Positions 1-9,548 of a DNA stretch of 64,000 nucleotides are shown piece after piece (position 1 is the stretch's first letter; each line of letters starts with the position of its first letter). Where the stretch lies: the IMG/VR virus record IMGVR_UViG_3300042522_001179, positions 183 to 64,182 of that record; one strand, given 5' to 3'. The notes beneath the pieces are model-generated. The model was given only the letters and a program-made list of their open reading frames with translations. It did not search any database and was not told where the DNA came from. The position numbers and the translations under genes were made by a program. The DNA is from a virus (lineage: Duplodnaviria; Caudoviricetes).

Positions 1-95
1 CCTTTTTGGTCCTATAAGGGGCCATTTCGAAGCAAAAAATTAAGTAATATTCAATCTTTGTGATGGTTTTACCTAGTTAGCCCAAGTTTTTACAC

Positions 96-121
96 AAAAA
101 AGCCGAGGTGTTATCCTCGGC
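96..121 (-). terminator. Rho-independent terminator
   Basis: On - strand GCCGAGG-ataaca-CCTCGGC followed by T6, just downstream of ORF 147..353(-). Confidence 0.8.
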
Positions 122-146
122 ATATCAACTTATGTTCTTCTTAGCT

Positions 147-353
147 TTAAAAAGTATTTCTTGCAGCTTCTGCAGCATTAATAGCTTTGGCATATTGCTC
201 CCAATCGGGTTTTTGGCGGGCTAATTCCCCCCTGGAACCCTGAATAAAAGTACGTACTTCAATTGGACTGGCTCCCGAGTCAACCATTTCCTCTGCTTTG
301 GCTTTAATTGCCTTTAAAGCAACAATTCGTTGGGCTCTATCGTTTGCTTCCAT
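147..353 (-). CDS. hypothetical protein (68 aa)
   Basis: ATG ORF with helical composition, followed by a terminator. Confidence 0.6.
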   Translation of the reverse strand: MEANDRAQRIVALKAIKAKAEEMVDSGASPIEVRTFIQGSRGELARQKPDWEQYAKAINAAEAARNTF

Positions 354-482
354 TGTAAAAAATTAGTTTTTGCCCTAATTGGACGTTAAACTTCAGCAAT
401 GTTCTTAGTCTATAGCATCTATTTTTCGCATAACACCACGTAAAATACAAATATCAAGAATTTAGTAAGCAAATAGTTTCTA

Positions 483-2300
483 ATGGCGTTAGCACCGGCC
501 GATTTTTACGCATATAGCCGTGCCACTGGAACTCCAGTCCCAGAAGATCCTGAAGAAAGGGCGCAGATGGCGCCTGCTGTACTTGAATTTCGCCGCAATC
601 AACTCAAAGCCCCGCAACAAGAGTCAAATCTACTTGCCTCCATTGGTACAGCCGCCCTGGGCCTTGGTGCTTTAGCTGGTGGTGTGTTGGGCGCGCGTAA
701 TTTGATGCGTCGTGGAGCACAAATTCCTAAAGGTCCTAATAAATCTGCAACTGCTGGCGTCCGCCAAGGTGATCTTTCGGAAATGGCGCAGGGTGTGCGA
801 GAAGCTGCAGCTGTACCTTTAAAATTTGCCGCTTCCGAACCTGCTCCTTCCAAAGTTGTTGCTCGTAGCGTCATGCCTACTGAGCAAGAATCTTTTGAAG
901 TGTTCAATCGTCAATTACAACAAGCAATTCCAGAACCAACTGCGCAAGAAATTGATTTCAGCAACGCACCTTCCCGCTATACGCAAGGATCTCCACGTTT
1001 TGGGTACGGTAAAACATATCGTCCTGATCCAAAAGATATTAACGAAAGAATCCTTGGACCTGTATCCCAAGAACTTGCGGAAGCTCGTCGTGTAGACGCA
1101 ACCCAACGCTTGCTTAACGCTGCCAAACAACGACAAGAAGATTTTGGTTTAACAAACCAGGCATTAGGTGCTTTGCAGTCAGGCGAAGACCAAATGACAG
1201 GACGCATCAAGAATGCGTTACAACGAAACGAAGATATTGATATTGGTCGTATTGATTTTGCAGAAGACCAAGTCAAAGTACGGCAAGGTATTCCATTAGA
1301 GCAGGCAACTCCTCCCCAAGCCGCTGGCTACGTACCAGACCATGCAATCAATACTGTTGCCGCTAGTATGCCAGATGGTTTGCCCTTGGATCAAGCTGAA
1401 GGTGGCGGACGGATTGACGCTTTAGTTGAACAAGGTAAACGTTACTTGCGCGCTCAGGAAGTTGATCTTGATTACGACTACACAACTGAGAACCTGGCGC
1501 AAACAAGACAAGTTAATGATCGAATTGCACGTGCAACAGCTTTAAAAAATACCGCCGAGCGCATCCTTCAACAAGAGGTAAGTGGACCTTCGTTAATTGA
1601 CACGGCACGTGAGGTCTCAAGTAATCAACGCGCTCAACTCAACGCACAAGGCTTTGCAGGAGAAGCACTAGAACGTCAACTTCTCCAAAATATGCGCGGT
1701 AACTTCCCAGAAGGTCAGGCAGTAATGCAACCTTTAAAAGAACAAACTGCACGCATTAACCGTGTGGGAATGCCAAGTGAGATCTTGGTACGGGAAAACA
1801 TTGGTTCTGTGGAGCCCCTGCGTCAAGGCGATCCAGAACGTGTAAGTAAACCAGCCTCACAACAAGCTGGTTATTCGGGTGGTATCCGTGGCATGGGACG
1901 CATTACCCGGGAAGACATTGAACCAGAAGGTGGTGGTTTAGGTGTTTATGGCTTAGAACCTAAATATGCTTCTGGCGCCGTGCGTAAACGTGGTGAGTTT
2001 GGTGAGTCTGAATATGGCGAGTTGGGATACGAATATTCTTCTGCTGCTGAACGTCGCCCTACCGAGTTGGTAAGTAAAACAGACTTAGAAAATTTACGTG
2101 ATCCGTACTCAACGCTGTCCAACGAACAACTCGGAGAGTTGTCTATGTACGGCAACGAGACCGATGCCTACAATGCACAACGGCAACTTACCAAACGTGC
2201 ATCGATAGATGTGTCAAGCAAATTGAGAACGCTACAATTATCAAATAAACCTAAGGAAGCAGAAGGTTTCCTTACTCGTTTCAAGCAAAACTTACTGTGA
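483..2300 (+). CDS. hypothetical protein, possible internal virion protein (605 aa)
   Basis: Long ORF; Gly/Ala hydrophobic stretch near N-terminus (IGTAALGLGALAGGVLG); TAAAAT box at 441. Confidence 0.75.
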   Translation: MALAPADFYAYSRATGTPVPEDPEERAQMAPAVLEFRRNQLKAPQQESNLLASIGTAALGLGALAGGVLGARNLMRRGAQIPKGPNKSATAGVRQGDLSEMAQGVREAAAVPLKFAASEPAPSKVVARSVMPTEQESFEVFNRQLQQAIPEPTAQEIDFSNAPSRYTQGSPRFGYGKTYRPDPKDINERILGPVSQELAEARRVDATQRLLNAAKQRQEDFGLTNQALGALQSGEDQMTGRIKNALQRNEDIDIGRIDFAEDQVKVRQGIPLEQATPPQAAGYVPDHAINTVAASMPDGLPLDQAEGGGRIDALVEQGKRYLRAQEVDLDYDYTTENLAQTRQVNDRIARATALKNTAERILQQEVSGPSLIDTAREVSSNQRAQLNAQGFAGEALERQLLQNMRGNFPEGQAVMQPLKEQTARINRVGMPSEILVRENIGSVEPLRQGDPERVSKPASQQAGYSGGIRGMGRITREDIEPEGGGLGVYGLEPKYASGAVRKRGEFGESEYGELGYEYSSAAERRPTELVSKTDLENLRDPYSTLSNEQLGELSMYGNETDAYNAQRQLTKRASIDVSSKLRTLQLSNKPKEAEGFLTRFKQNLL

Positions 2301-2527
2301 TGACCAAAGAAAAAAAGAAAGATAAAAAATGGATTCAAGGCGCTGATATTAAAGAAGGCGCCTTCACTGCCAAAGCTAAGCGTAAAGGTATTACCTCTGC
2401 TCAGCTTCAAGAAAACGTATTGTCTGATCCAGATAAGTACGATGAGAAAACCGTCAAGCAAGCACGGCTGCGTCAAACCTTGGTAGGATTACACAAGAAG
2501 AAAAAAGAAAAACAAACTGAGGGTTAA
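2297..2527 (+). CDS. small basic phage protein
   Basis: Lys-rich, KKWIQGADIKEGAFTAKAK motif typical of small phage proteins; stop/start overlap with upstream gene. Confidence 0.7.
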   Translation: MMTKEKKKDKKWIQGADIKEGAFTAKAKRKGITSAQLQENVLSDPDKYDEKTVKQARLRQTLVGLHKKKKEKQTEG

Positions 2528-3090
2528 TGGCTAAAGATTCACGCCTGGACCTAGGCCGATATATTAATTACGCAAAAGACCCGTTTACAAAAAAACGGCA
2601 GCTTAACTTTGATGAGCTGTTTCAATCACAGGCCAGCGAAGGGCAATATCCCTGGAATCCATCGCGCTTTACACAAAGCGATCTATTGCGCAAGATGATG
2701 ACGCGCAAGCTTCAACTTAATCCAGGTTTGAATTTTGTTGGAGAAACTGCAGAAGAGTACGAAGTCTTTGCCAATATAGGTAGATTTAAACGTGTTGAAG
2801 ACTATGATTTTCAAAACGGCAGGGCATTAACGTCGCAACGCCCAGAAGATCAACCTGGCTATGACGCCCTTTGGTTGAGTGTTTACCAACTCAGTCCTAC
2901 CATCCCTGGAGAAAAAAAAGCAAAAAATCCAATGCCACGTGCTTCTAACCCAGATCCCAAAGGCTTGCTCATGAAAGCAGCAGAGCGCCGCGTAGATAAC
3001 GAAGTCAAGGGAAATACTTCTGTTGCGGAATTGCTTAGTAAATCAAAAACGCCTGGACATTCAGACGTAAGAAAGTTAAACGTAGGTTGA
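2527..3090 (+). CDS. hypothetical protein (187 aa)
   Basis: TAATG-coupled ORF. Confidence 0.7.
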   Translation: MAKDSRLDLGRYINYAKDPFTKKRQLNFDELFQSQASEGQYPWNPSRFTQSDLLRKMMTRKLQLNPGLNFVGETAEEYEVFANIGRFKRVEDYDFQNGRALTSQRPEDQPGYDALWLSVYQLSPTIPGEKKAKNPMPRASNPDPKGLLMKAAERRVDNEVKGNTSVAELLSKSKTPGHSDVRKLNVG

Positions 3091-3120
3091 GTACAATAAA
3101 GAAAAGAATTTGACAATACA

Positions 3121-3708
3121 GTGAGATTAGCTGGCGTTGCTAAAGGGTTAACCAAGGCAGACCTTAAATCGGTTGCCGGTAGCGTTGGTGCTGGCAGTGC
3201 ACTTGCTGGTGGTTTTGGTTTGATGGCAGGTGGGCCAGCCTTAGGTGTTGCATCTGCTGCAACTGATTTTGCCCTGGCCTATCCATTGACCCTGGCTGCA
3301 AGGGCTGCAAGACCTGGTAAATATCGGACCGTAATTAACGAAACCGGAAAACAAGTTACCGAACATGTTCCTTCAAGATTAGAAGGAGCAGCAAACTTAA
3401 TTGGTTCTATTATTTCTCCTGTTGCTGCTGATCTTGTAATGGGTGGCGGGATGGCACGACAAGTAGAACCTACGGCCATGTCACAAGATCAAACGATCAT
3501 GCATCAAATGATGCAACGTGCCGCCGTAAATGGCATGGAAGTTCCCCAAGAAGTTGCTCCTTATACTCAATATCAAACCGCCGGCTTACCTAATCGCAAT
3601 CAATTTCTCAACAACTACATTTACCCGCCTGTAGCGGGTACAGAAGTTGAACTTCCTGATGCTGTAAAACGTGCATTACAACGTACTGGCCTGGAGCTGG
3701 GACTATGA
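3121..3708 (+). CDS. Gly/Ala-rich putative virion/membrane-interacting protein
   Basis: Glycine-zipper-like hydrophobic segments; TACAAT box at 3092. Confidence 0.65.
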   Translation: MRLAGVAKGLTKADLKSVAGSVGAGSALAGGFGLMAGGPALGVASAATDFALAYPLTLAARAARPGKYRTVINETGKQVTEHVPSRLEGAANLIGSIISPVAADLVMGGGMARQVEPTAMSQDQTIMHQMMQRAAVNGMEVPQEVAPYTQYQTAGLPNRNQFLNNYIYPPVAGTEVELPDAVKRALQRTGLELGL

Positions 3709-4610
3709 ACGTATTACAGGCGTTAGCAAAAGGTGCCAAGACAACTGAACGTCTTCAGCGTGAGTTTGAAATAGATAGTCTTTCAATTGTCCCTGGAACA
3801 AGAGGGGCTAAATCTTTTCGTGAGGGGATTCAAGCAGAAGGAATTAGTGCACGTCAAACTCCGGCTCAATTTGCAGGAGCCTATGCAGCTCGCGTAGTTA
3901 CTGACCTTACCAACGACGGCACGCGGATGCTGTTGTGGCGTAGCAACCATCCCAACGCAATTGCTGATATGGTAGGCGGCGCTGCTATTGGTAAACAAGC
4001 AGCAAAAGAAATGGGACCACTTAAAACTGGTCTTATTAACCTTGCAGCCCTTGGCCCTGGCATTGCCGTTGCTGGTGCATATGACCTGACTAATGTTGGT
4101 GAAATGTTCCGCCCCAAAGGCTTTGCTCAGAATTATTCACCAGAAGGAGCTGATGATCGCCGGCAAACAGAGCAGCCAGTACAAGAAGGATTTGAACGGT
4201 TGTTCCTGGGGCGCACAGGCCAGCCTTTGAAATACGAAACTGCCAAACAAGATATTCCTAGCCTTACACCCGAACGTTATGGTAACTACATGCGTTCTTA
4301 TTATCAAGACAACGGTCTTTTTGGCATCATTAAAGCAACTCCTGAAAATCTCCAAGGAGTACCGGAAGTTCGTTTGATGAACTATCCCGTTACTATTCCT
4401 TCTGCTCTTGGTGTTCTTGGTGGTGCTGCCGCTGCTGGTGTAGCAGCACGTTCCACTCAAGGTCCTGGGCGCTTCCGTAAATCAGCTATTGCAGGACTTG
4501 CTGGTTCTCTTGGTGGCATTCTTGCAGGTAATGTAGCCAACGAAGTTGTTGCCGCCGGTAATCGCCCAAGGCTGCCAACGACTGCTGAATACGAAAGTAT
4601 GCAGTACTGA
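3705..4610 (+). CDS. Gly/Ala-rich putative virion protein (301 aa)
   Basis: ATGA-coupled; C-terminal hydrophobic Gly/Ala hairpin. Confidence 0.7.
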   Translation: MNVLQALAKGAKTTERLQREFEIDSLSIVPGTRGAKSFREGIQAEGISARQTPAQFAGAYAARVVTDLTNDGTRMLLWRSNHPNAIADMVGGAAIGKQAAKEMGPLKTGLINLAALGPGIAVAGAYDLTNVGEMFRPKGFAQNYSPEGADDRRQTEQPVQEGFERLFLGRTGQPLKYETAKQDIPSLTPERYGNYMRSYYQDNGLFGIIKATPENLQGVPEVRLMNYPVTIPSALGVLGGAAAAGVAARSTQGPGRFRKSAIAGLAGSLGGILAGNVANEVVAAGNRPRLPTTAEYESMQY

Positions 4611-4642
4611 TAGAATCTATTTTATAAGAAACATTTTTAATA

Positions 4643-5488
4643 ATGGCTGTATATTCAGATCCCTGGTCGTCGCCTGTACAGGCACCTTACAGTACGTTAA
4701 ATTACAATACTTCTACGCCTACTTCGCAAGATTTTCTCGCCAGGGCACGCGAAAAAGTAACAGAAAAAATGCGTGGTGGTAAAAAAGTTTTAGAAGGTGC
4801 TGTTCAACAAGGTGGCGAGCTTCTCCAGGGACTTGCCAATCGCCCTGGCCTTGGTCGCGCCGCTTTCATTGGAGGTATGGTCCCCGGGGCTATGACCGCT
4901 GCTTCTGAAGCCGCCGCAGGGCGTTCACTAGGAGCAGGCGTTGCTCTTGGTGCAGGAGCCCTCACATCTGGTCTGGGTACCGCTCTACTGAAAACAAATA
5001 ATCCTCTAGCAAAACTTGCTGGTGGTGCGTTAATGCTTGGCGGCACTGTTATCCCTGGTATGGTCGCTAGTGGCGCAGAAGCTATCCGTCAAGAAGTAAC
5101 TGATCGTCCAACGGAAGGCAAAGGTGACTTTCAGACCGAAGTTGCACGCATGAAGCAACTCGCTGGTGTGGGCCTTGAGTTAGGGCGCAATGAACTTGCA
5201 ATGCGCACAAATAATATCGTTGATTTAACTCAACGTTTAAATCAAGTTGATATTGAACAACAAAAAGCTGAATATCCAATTCTTGCAAAAATGAAGAACG
5301 ACGAGTTAATTCGTTCTCAGTCGATGCTTAACTCCCAGAACAATGCTTACATGCAGCAGATGGTCCTTGGGACGGCCAGCAACCTTGTCTTAGATGCCCA
5401 GCGGGAGCGTGGTGCTCTTGCCCGTCAATACATCGCTTCTAGCCCCTACAACGTAGTACTAGCGGCTCCCAACGTTTCGATTGGTTGA
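4643..5488 (+). CDS. putative internal virion/ejection protein (281 aa)
   Basis: Gly/Ala hydrophobic middle plus Gln-rich coiled-coil C-terminus; TAGAAT box at 4611. Confidence 0.65.
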   Translation: MAVYSDPWSSPVQAPYSTLNYNTSTPTSQDFLARAREKVTEKMRGGKKVLEGAVQQGGELLQGLANRPGLGRAAFIGGMVPGAMTAASEAAAGRSLGAGVALGAGALTSGLGTALLKTNNPLAKLAGGALMLGGTVIPGMVASGAEAIRQEVTDRPTEGKGDFQTEVARMKQLAGVGLELGRNELAMRTNNIVDLTQRLNQVDIEQQKAEYPILAKMKNDELIRSQSMLNSQNNAYMQQMVLGTASNLVLDAQRERGALARQYIASSPYNVVLAAPNVSIG

Positions 5489-5964
5489 TCATGGCATATT
5501 CCTTCGATCCCAAACTGCCTTTCCTAGGTGGAATTGCAGGCCTCAATCTTCCCGGCTCTACAGGAACCACTGATTCTGCTTTTGGTGGGATGTTGAATGT
5601 GGCACCACTGACTCCGAGTTTTACTGGCACACAACCAGGAGCAACTAATCCTTATCCACAGGGAAGCAACGAAAGCATGTTGTGGATGATGAATAAAATG
5701 CAAAGAGATACCGAAGAGCGTGGTGATCTCAAATACAATACTTTGTATGACAAGATTTCCAAGCAGCGTCAACAAGAAGCGCGTGAAGCCTTTGGCTGGA
5801 AAATGTTAGGACAAGGCTTAAATGCAATTCAGTCTACGGGACAAGCTCTTGCAACAACTTTATACAATCCGGCTAGTGTTGAAATCACATCTAGGACTCC
5901 TGGCTTGCTTGCCAACATCTACGCCCAAGATCTAGCTGGTGCGCGTAGAAAATATATCAGCTAG
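5485..5964 (+). CDS. hypothetical protein (about 157 aa)
   Basis: ORF continuing the operon; likely ATG at 5491. Confidence 0.65.
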   Translation: MIMAYSFDPKLPFLGGIAGLNLPGSTGTTDSAFGGMLNVAPLTPSFTGTQPGATNPYPQGSNESMLWMMNKMQRDTEERGDLKYNTLYDKISKQRQQEAREAFGWKMLGQGLNAIQSTGQALATTLYNPASVEITSRTPGLLANIYAQDLAGARRKYIS

Positions 5965-6063
5965 GTATAATAAGGGAATAGGCAATGGCAATTTCTAATC
6001 CGGCAAATTATCTTACGCCGACCACGTCTTCTTTTTTTGCCGCTCACTAAACCCGCAGGTGCC

Positions 6064-6447
6064 ATGATAGATCCCGGAACAGCTACAGTAATTGCAGGAG
6101 GAGCTTCCCTACTTGGTAGCGGAATCGGCGCGGCTGGCGGTAAGAATGCAGGTAATCAAGCAAGGGCTGCTGCACGAGAACAAGCTTTAGCAGTTCAGCA
6201 AGCCGGACGTGAGGCGCCCATTGCTAATTTTGGTTTTGATGTAGCTGGTAAAAAATTTGATACTTTATTTGGTGGTCCAGCGGACCGCTTTAATCTTGCT
6301 CAAGATACCGCACTGCAAGGCGCCTTGGTAACAAACCCAGGTTCTTATGGCTCAATTGATGCGCGCAGAGATGCATTGCGTCGAAATGTAGAACTTTTTG
6401 GTGCACGCACCCCTGGCTATGGAGCCGCCTTTAACAGGTTTGTGTAA
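6064..6447 (+). CDS. putative DNA pilot/ejection protein (start uncertain: ATG 6064, or ATG 5985 with a frameshift)
   Basis: MIDPGTATVIAGGASLLGSGIG N-terminus resembles podophage ejection proteins; see finding on the T7 run. Confidence 0.6.
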   Translation: MIDPGTATVIAGGASLLGSGIGAAGGKNAGNQARAAAREQALAVQQAGREAPIANFGFDVAGKKFDTLFGGPADRFNLAQDTALQGALVTNPGSYGSIDARRDALRRNVELFGARTPGYGAAFNRFV

Positions 6448-6476
6448 TCTAAAATAAATTCAACGCACTAAATAGA

Positions 6477-7130
6477 ATGGCAAAAAATAAACCTGACAAA
6501 AATATTTATGAAAGCATTCTTAATGCAGGGCAAAACACTGGGCCAGGAGTAAACCTATCTAGTGATCAATTTGAACAGTTATTAAACCGATCCTCGCCAT
6601 ACGGAGGTAGTTTTGGTACTGGCTCAAGCGCAGGCGCTGGTTCAATGCTTGGAATCCAAGCGGGTAGAAAAGCACTACAAGACATCACAAAAGGATACGG
6701 ACGGTTTGGAAAACAAGATGCAGCAGATTTGTTTGGAACCTTAGAGTCTCAAATTAGACGCGGTGCCATTTCCACTGATTTAGCAGCAGAAGAATATTTA
6801 AATGCCGCAAGATTTGGCAACGTTAAAAACGCTTTTAGCAAAGCGGAAAAACTTGCCACAATGGATCAAGGCTTTGTTGATCCTTCTAAGTATCAAAGGT
6901 ATCAACCCTTTATGCAGTTAAATGCCCAACAGCTTTTGGGACGCAACCTGAGTGAAGGCGAGTTAAATGCTTATACAGAAGCATTCCGTGGCATGGGTAT
7001 TTCCAAGCCTGCAGATGTTTCTGCTGCTTTTGGTAATATGCTTTTGAGTACTCCAGAAGCACGCAGTCGTGAAGTAGTTGTGAGTAAAGGGCTATTCGAC
7101 AGAACGCCTAATTTGAATCTTGCAATGTGA
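6477..7130 (+). CDS. hypothetical protein (217 aa)
   Basis: ATG ORF with TAAAAT box at 6450. Confidence 0.7.
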   Translation: MAKNKPDKNIYESILNAGQNTGPGVNLSSDQFEQLLNRSSPYGGSFGTGSSAGAGSMLGIQAGRKALQDITKGYGRFGKQDAADLFGTLESQIRRGAISTDLAAEEYLNAARFGNVKNAFSKAEKLATMDQGFVDPSKYQRYQPFMQLNAQQLLGRNLSEGELNAYTEAFRGMGISKPADVSAAFGNMLLSTPEARSREVVVSKGLFDRTPNLNLAM

Positions 7131-7161
7131 ATTTTTAATTTTATAATATAAAAAAATAGCC

Positions 7162-7860
7162 ATGCCAAAAAAAACAGCACAACAACTCCTCCAAAGCTTT
7201 GGAGGTACAATTACCCAAAACGAGCTGGAACAATTTGAAAACGCCGGCTATGACATTGATAAAGCAAAAAACTATGCCAAGAATACCGGTGGCGTAAGTT
7301 TTAACTCTAACGCTCAAACGTATTATTCTGCAGGTGGCGCCGCTGGGGCTGCTACGACTGCGGCTGCTGCGGCTGCTCCACCTCCTAGTGGAAATACAGA
7401 TGGCCTGTATAGCTTTGACGGCCAGTTCATGTCACAGGATGAGTTTAATTATAAGGCTGCGTATGGCCTTAGCGAACTCAACGGACAAATTCAATCAAAT
7501 TTACAAACTTTAATAAACCAAGGCAGTGCTAATGTTGCAAATATTTCCGCTAACGCGCAGATGTATGGTTATACCACGCAAGCTAATGCGCAAAAATACG
7601 TAGCAGATAAAGCAGGTGAATCCGCAAAAGATGTTGCAAATATACAGGCACAAAACAATATCAATCTTCAGGCAATTGTTAATGCAGGCCTGCAAGACGT
7701 TGCAAAAATCCAAGGCGAAACATCACGTGATGTAGAAAAAACACGTGGTGAATTTGGCGTCAAACAAGAGGAAACACGCCAGCGAGGTTCTCGTGACATT
7801 GCACGCATTGGCGGTGAAGCAGGTATTTACCAAGGCTTGCTGGGTGCATTTAATTTTTAA
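7162..7860 (+). CDS. putative DNA pilot/ejection protein
   Basis: Gln/Asn/Ala helical repeats (ANVANISANAQ...KDVANIQAQ...DVAKIQGE) like DNA pilot tube proteins. Confidence 0.55.
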   Translation: MPKKTAQQLLQSFGGTITQNELEQFENAGYDIDKAKNYAKNTGGVSFNSNAQTYYSAGGAAGAATTAAAAAAPPPSGNTDGLYSFDGQFMSQDEFNYKAAYGLSELNGQIQSNLQTLINQGSANVANISANAQMYGYTTQANAQKYVADKAGESAKDVANIQAQNNINLQAIVNAGLQDVAKIQGETSRDVEKTRGEFGVKQEETRQRGSRDIARIGGEAGIYQGLLGAFNF

Positions 7861-7915
7861 TTGATATAATTTAAAAATAGCTTTTGCTATACTTTAAGAA
7901 ACCTTTGAGGTGCTC

Positions 7916-8221
7916 ATGTCCAAGACTCCTACTGCTACCCCTACAAGCGGGTATACCTCTGGTGCGTACTACCAGCAATTAGTTACTCAATCTAAGTCTG
8001 AAGATCCGGCTGTAAAAGCTGCAGCTATTAAAGAATTAAATGATATTGATAAAGAACAATATCAATCTCAATATGGTCCCAAGTCTTTTGATATTGGTGA
8101 GTTCGAAGGTCTCCTGAGCCGCCTGGAAGGTTCCAAGATGCGTCAAAAGCGTCAAGAAAGCGTTGAAGGTCGCCGTGGCACCATGACGCAAGGTCTTGCT
8201 AGCATGATGACGAACTTCTGA
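7916..8221 (+). CDS. hypothetical protein
   Basis: GAGG RBS before ATG 7916. Confidence 0.65.
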   Translation: MSKTPTATPTSGYTSGAYYQQLVTQSKSEDPAVKAAAIKELNDIDKEQYQSQYGPKSFDIGEFEGLLSRLEGSKMRQKRQESVEGRRGTMTQGLASMMTNF

Positions 8222-8223
8222 TA

Positions 8224-8406
8224 ATGCAAGCTTCTGCCGCGCCAAAGACTGAGCCCACTGAAAGTTCAGATCTTAACTTATATAAAAAAGCGGCAGAAGT
8301 TGCTTATCAATTTGCCAAAAAACGTTCCGAAAAAGAACTTGATACCACTGAGGAATCTTTTGGCTCAGATGAAAAAAAGAACCGGGACAGTAGTTTAAAT
8401 GTCTAA
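8224..8406 (+). CDS. hypothetical protein (60 aa)
   Basis: ATG ORF immediately after the upstream stop. Confidence 0.55.
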   Translation: MQASAAPKTEPTESSDLNLYKKAAEVAYQFAKKRSEKELDTTEESFGSDEKKNRDSSLNV

Positions 8407-8680
8407 TTCTGCTAACACTGATTCGGATTATTCCGAAGATCCGTTTTCGTGGCTTTTCGACGAAGATAAAGCCACGAAAGCCGCTGGAGTTGCTAAGATC
8501 TATCAAGATGTCTCCGTTGGCTCTTCCAAGGAGAAAATGCAAGAGCAAGGAGAACAAGAACGTGAAACCATCGCGCTCGGCGCAGAAGAGCAACGCAAGT
8601 CCGCAGAGCAGGCCCAGGAGTTCGGTGAGAGGGACGAATCACGCGATTACTCCCAGGCCCAGCGAGCTTATCGATATTGA
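8399..8680 (+). CDS. hypothetical acidic helical protein (93 aa)
   Basis: Overlap-coupled ATG ORF. Confidence 0.65.
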   Translation: MSNSANTDSDYSEDPFSWLFDEDKATKAAGVAKIYQDVSVGSSKEKMQEQGEQERETIALGAEEQRKSAEQAQEFGERDESRDYSQAQRAYRY

Positions 8681-9167
8681 GGTTTTTAAAACCTGGATCG
8701 ATAATCTGGATAGTGCAGCTGAAGAAGCTTACCTCTCCTTTTGTAAAGACAACAACTCTGTTATTGAATGTTTCCTTTATGCCAGGTTTCTTGGTTATGA
8801 AGGAAGCATTGTGGCGTGTGACCTATGGGTAAACAGCGAATTTGAAAAACCTGATCATAGAAAAGTTCTTCTCAATGAAATTGAGGAGATGCAGGAAGAT
8901 ATTCGCAAGTTACGCCAAGCTGTCGAGGATGATATCGTCAAGCGAGATGCGGGAGTCGCCAGGATTGCCAGCATGCAAAAAGAACTTCGTGGAACTATTG
9001 CTCAATTAGATCTTTTCACTTCTTCTAGGGACCGCAAAGGCTTGCTAATGGCTGGAGCTGATCGTGCAATTCGTGAGTTAGTTTTCATTTTTAAAGATGA
9101 TCCTATTGAGATTCCACTGCATGAAGCTTCGATGAGTGTTTGGGCTCGCATGCAGCTAGAAGAATAG
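8625..9167 (+). CDS. hypothetical protein, candidate terminase small subunit
   Basis: GGAG-ttcg-GTG start at 8625; helical/coiled-coil; lies shortly upstream of terL (function is positional inference only). Confidence 0.45.
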   Translation: MRGTNHAITPRPSELIDIEVFKTWIDNLDSAAEEAYLSFCKDNNSVIECFLYARFLGYEGSIVACDLWVNSEFEKPDHRKVLLNEIEEMQEDIRKLRQAVEDDIVKRDAGVARIASMQKELRGTIAQLDLFTSSRDRKGLLMAGADRAIRELVFIFKDDPIEIPLHEASMSVWARMQLEE

Positions 9168-9197
9168 TAATCATAAAATAAACAAAAGATCAAAACA

Positions 9198-9491
9198 ATG
9201 TCTGCTTCTACAGATATCCCTGAACTTGCTGGACGGATGCCAAACATTGTCCGCGAGCTTCAGCGTACCCGCATGGGCCTTGGCCCTAGTCAAAACGTTG
9301 CTGGTGCGAGTGATATCGCCAGTACAGCAAAAGCAATGTTTGGTACCACTCCCCCAAATACTGAGGTAAATGGCAAACAAAATGCCCCCGCAGCTCCTGG
9401 CGCACTTCAAAAAGACGGAAGCGAAGAAAGCGGACGGCTCGCAAATGAACGACAAGGAAAAACACAAGGCCGCTTTGGAAAAGGCGCGTAA
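9198..9491 (+). CDS. hypothetical protein (97 aa)
   Basis: ATG with TAAAAT box at 9174; 3' part overlaps the 9370 ORF. Confidence 0.55.
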   Translation: MSASTDIPELAGRMPNIVRELQRTRMGLGPSQNVAGASDIASTAKAMFGTTPPNTEVNGKQNAPAAPGALQKDGSEESGRLANERQGKTQGRFGKGA

Positions 9492-9519
9492 GTTTAAAGA
9501 GTCACGCTCCAATAAATAA
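9370..9519 (+). CDS. small basic protein MANKMPPQLLAHFKK... (49 aa, below ORF-track cutoff)
   Basis: GAGG RBS (tGAGGtaaATG); Lys-rich; read from the sequence. Confidence 0.65.
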   Translation: MANKMPPQLLAHFKKTEAKKADGSQMNDKEKHKAALEKARKFKESRSNK

Positions 9520-9548
9520 GTTAGTATTAACTTAACTGCAGACATAGA

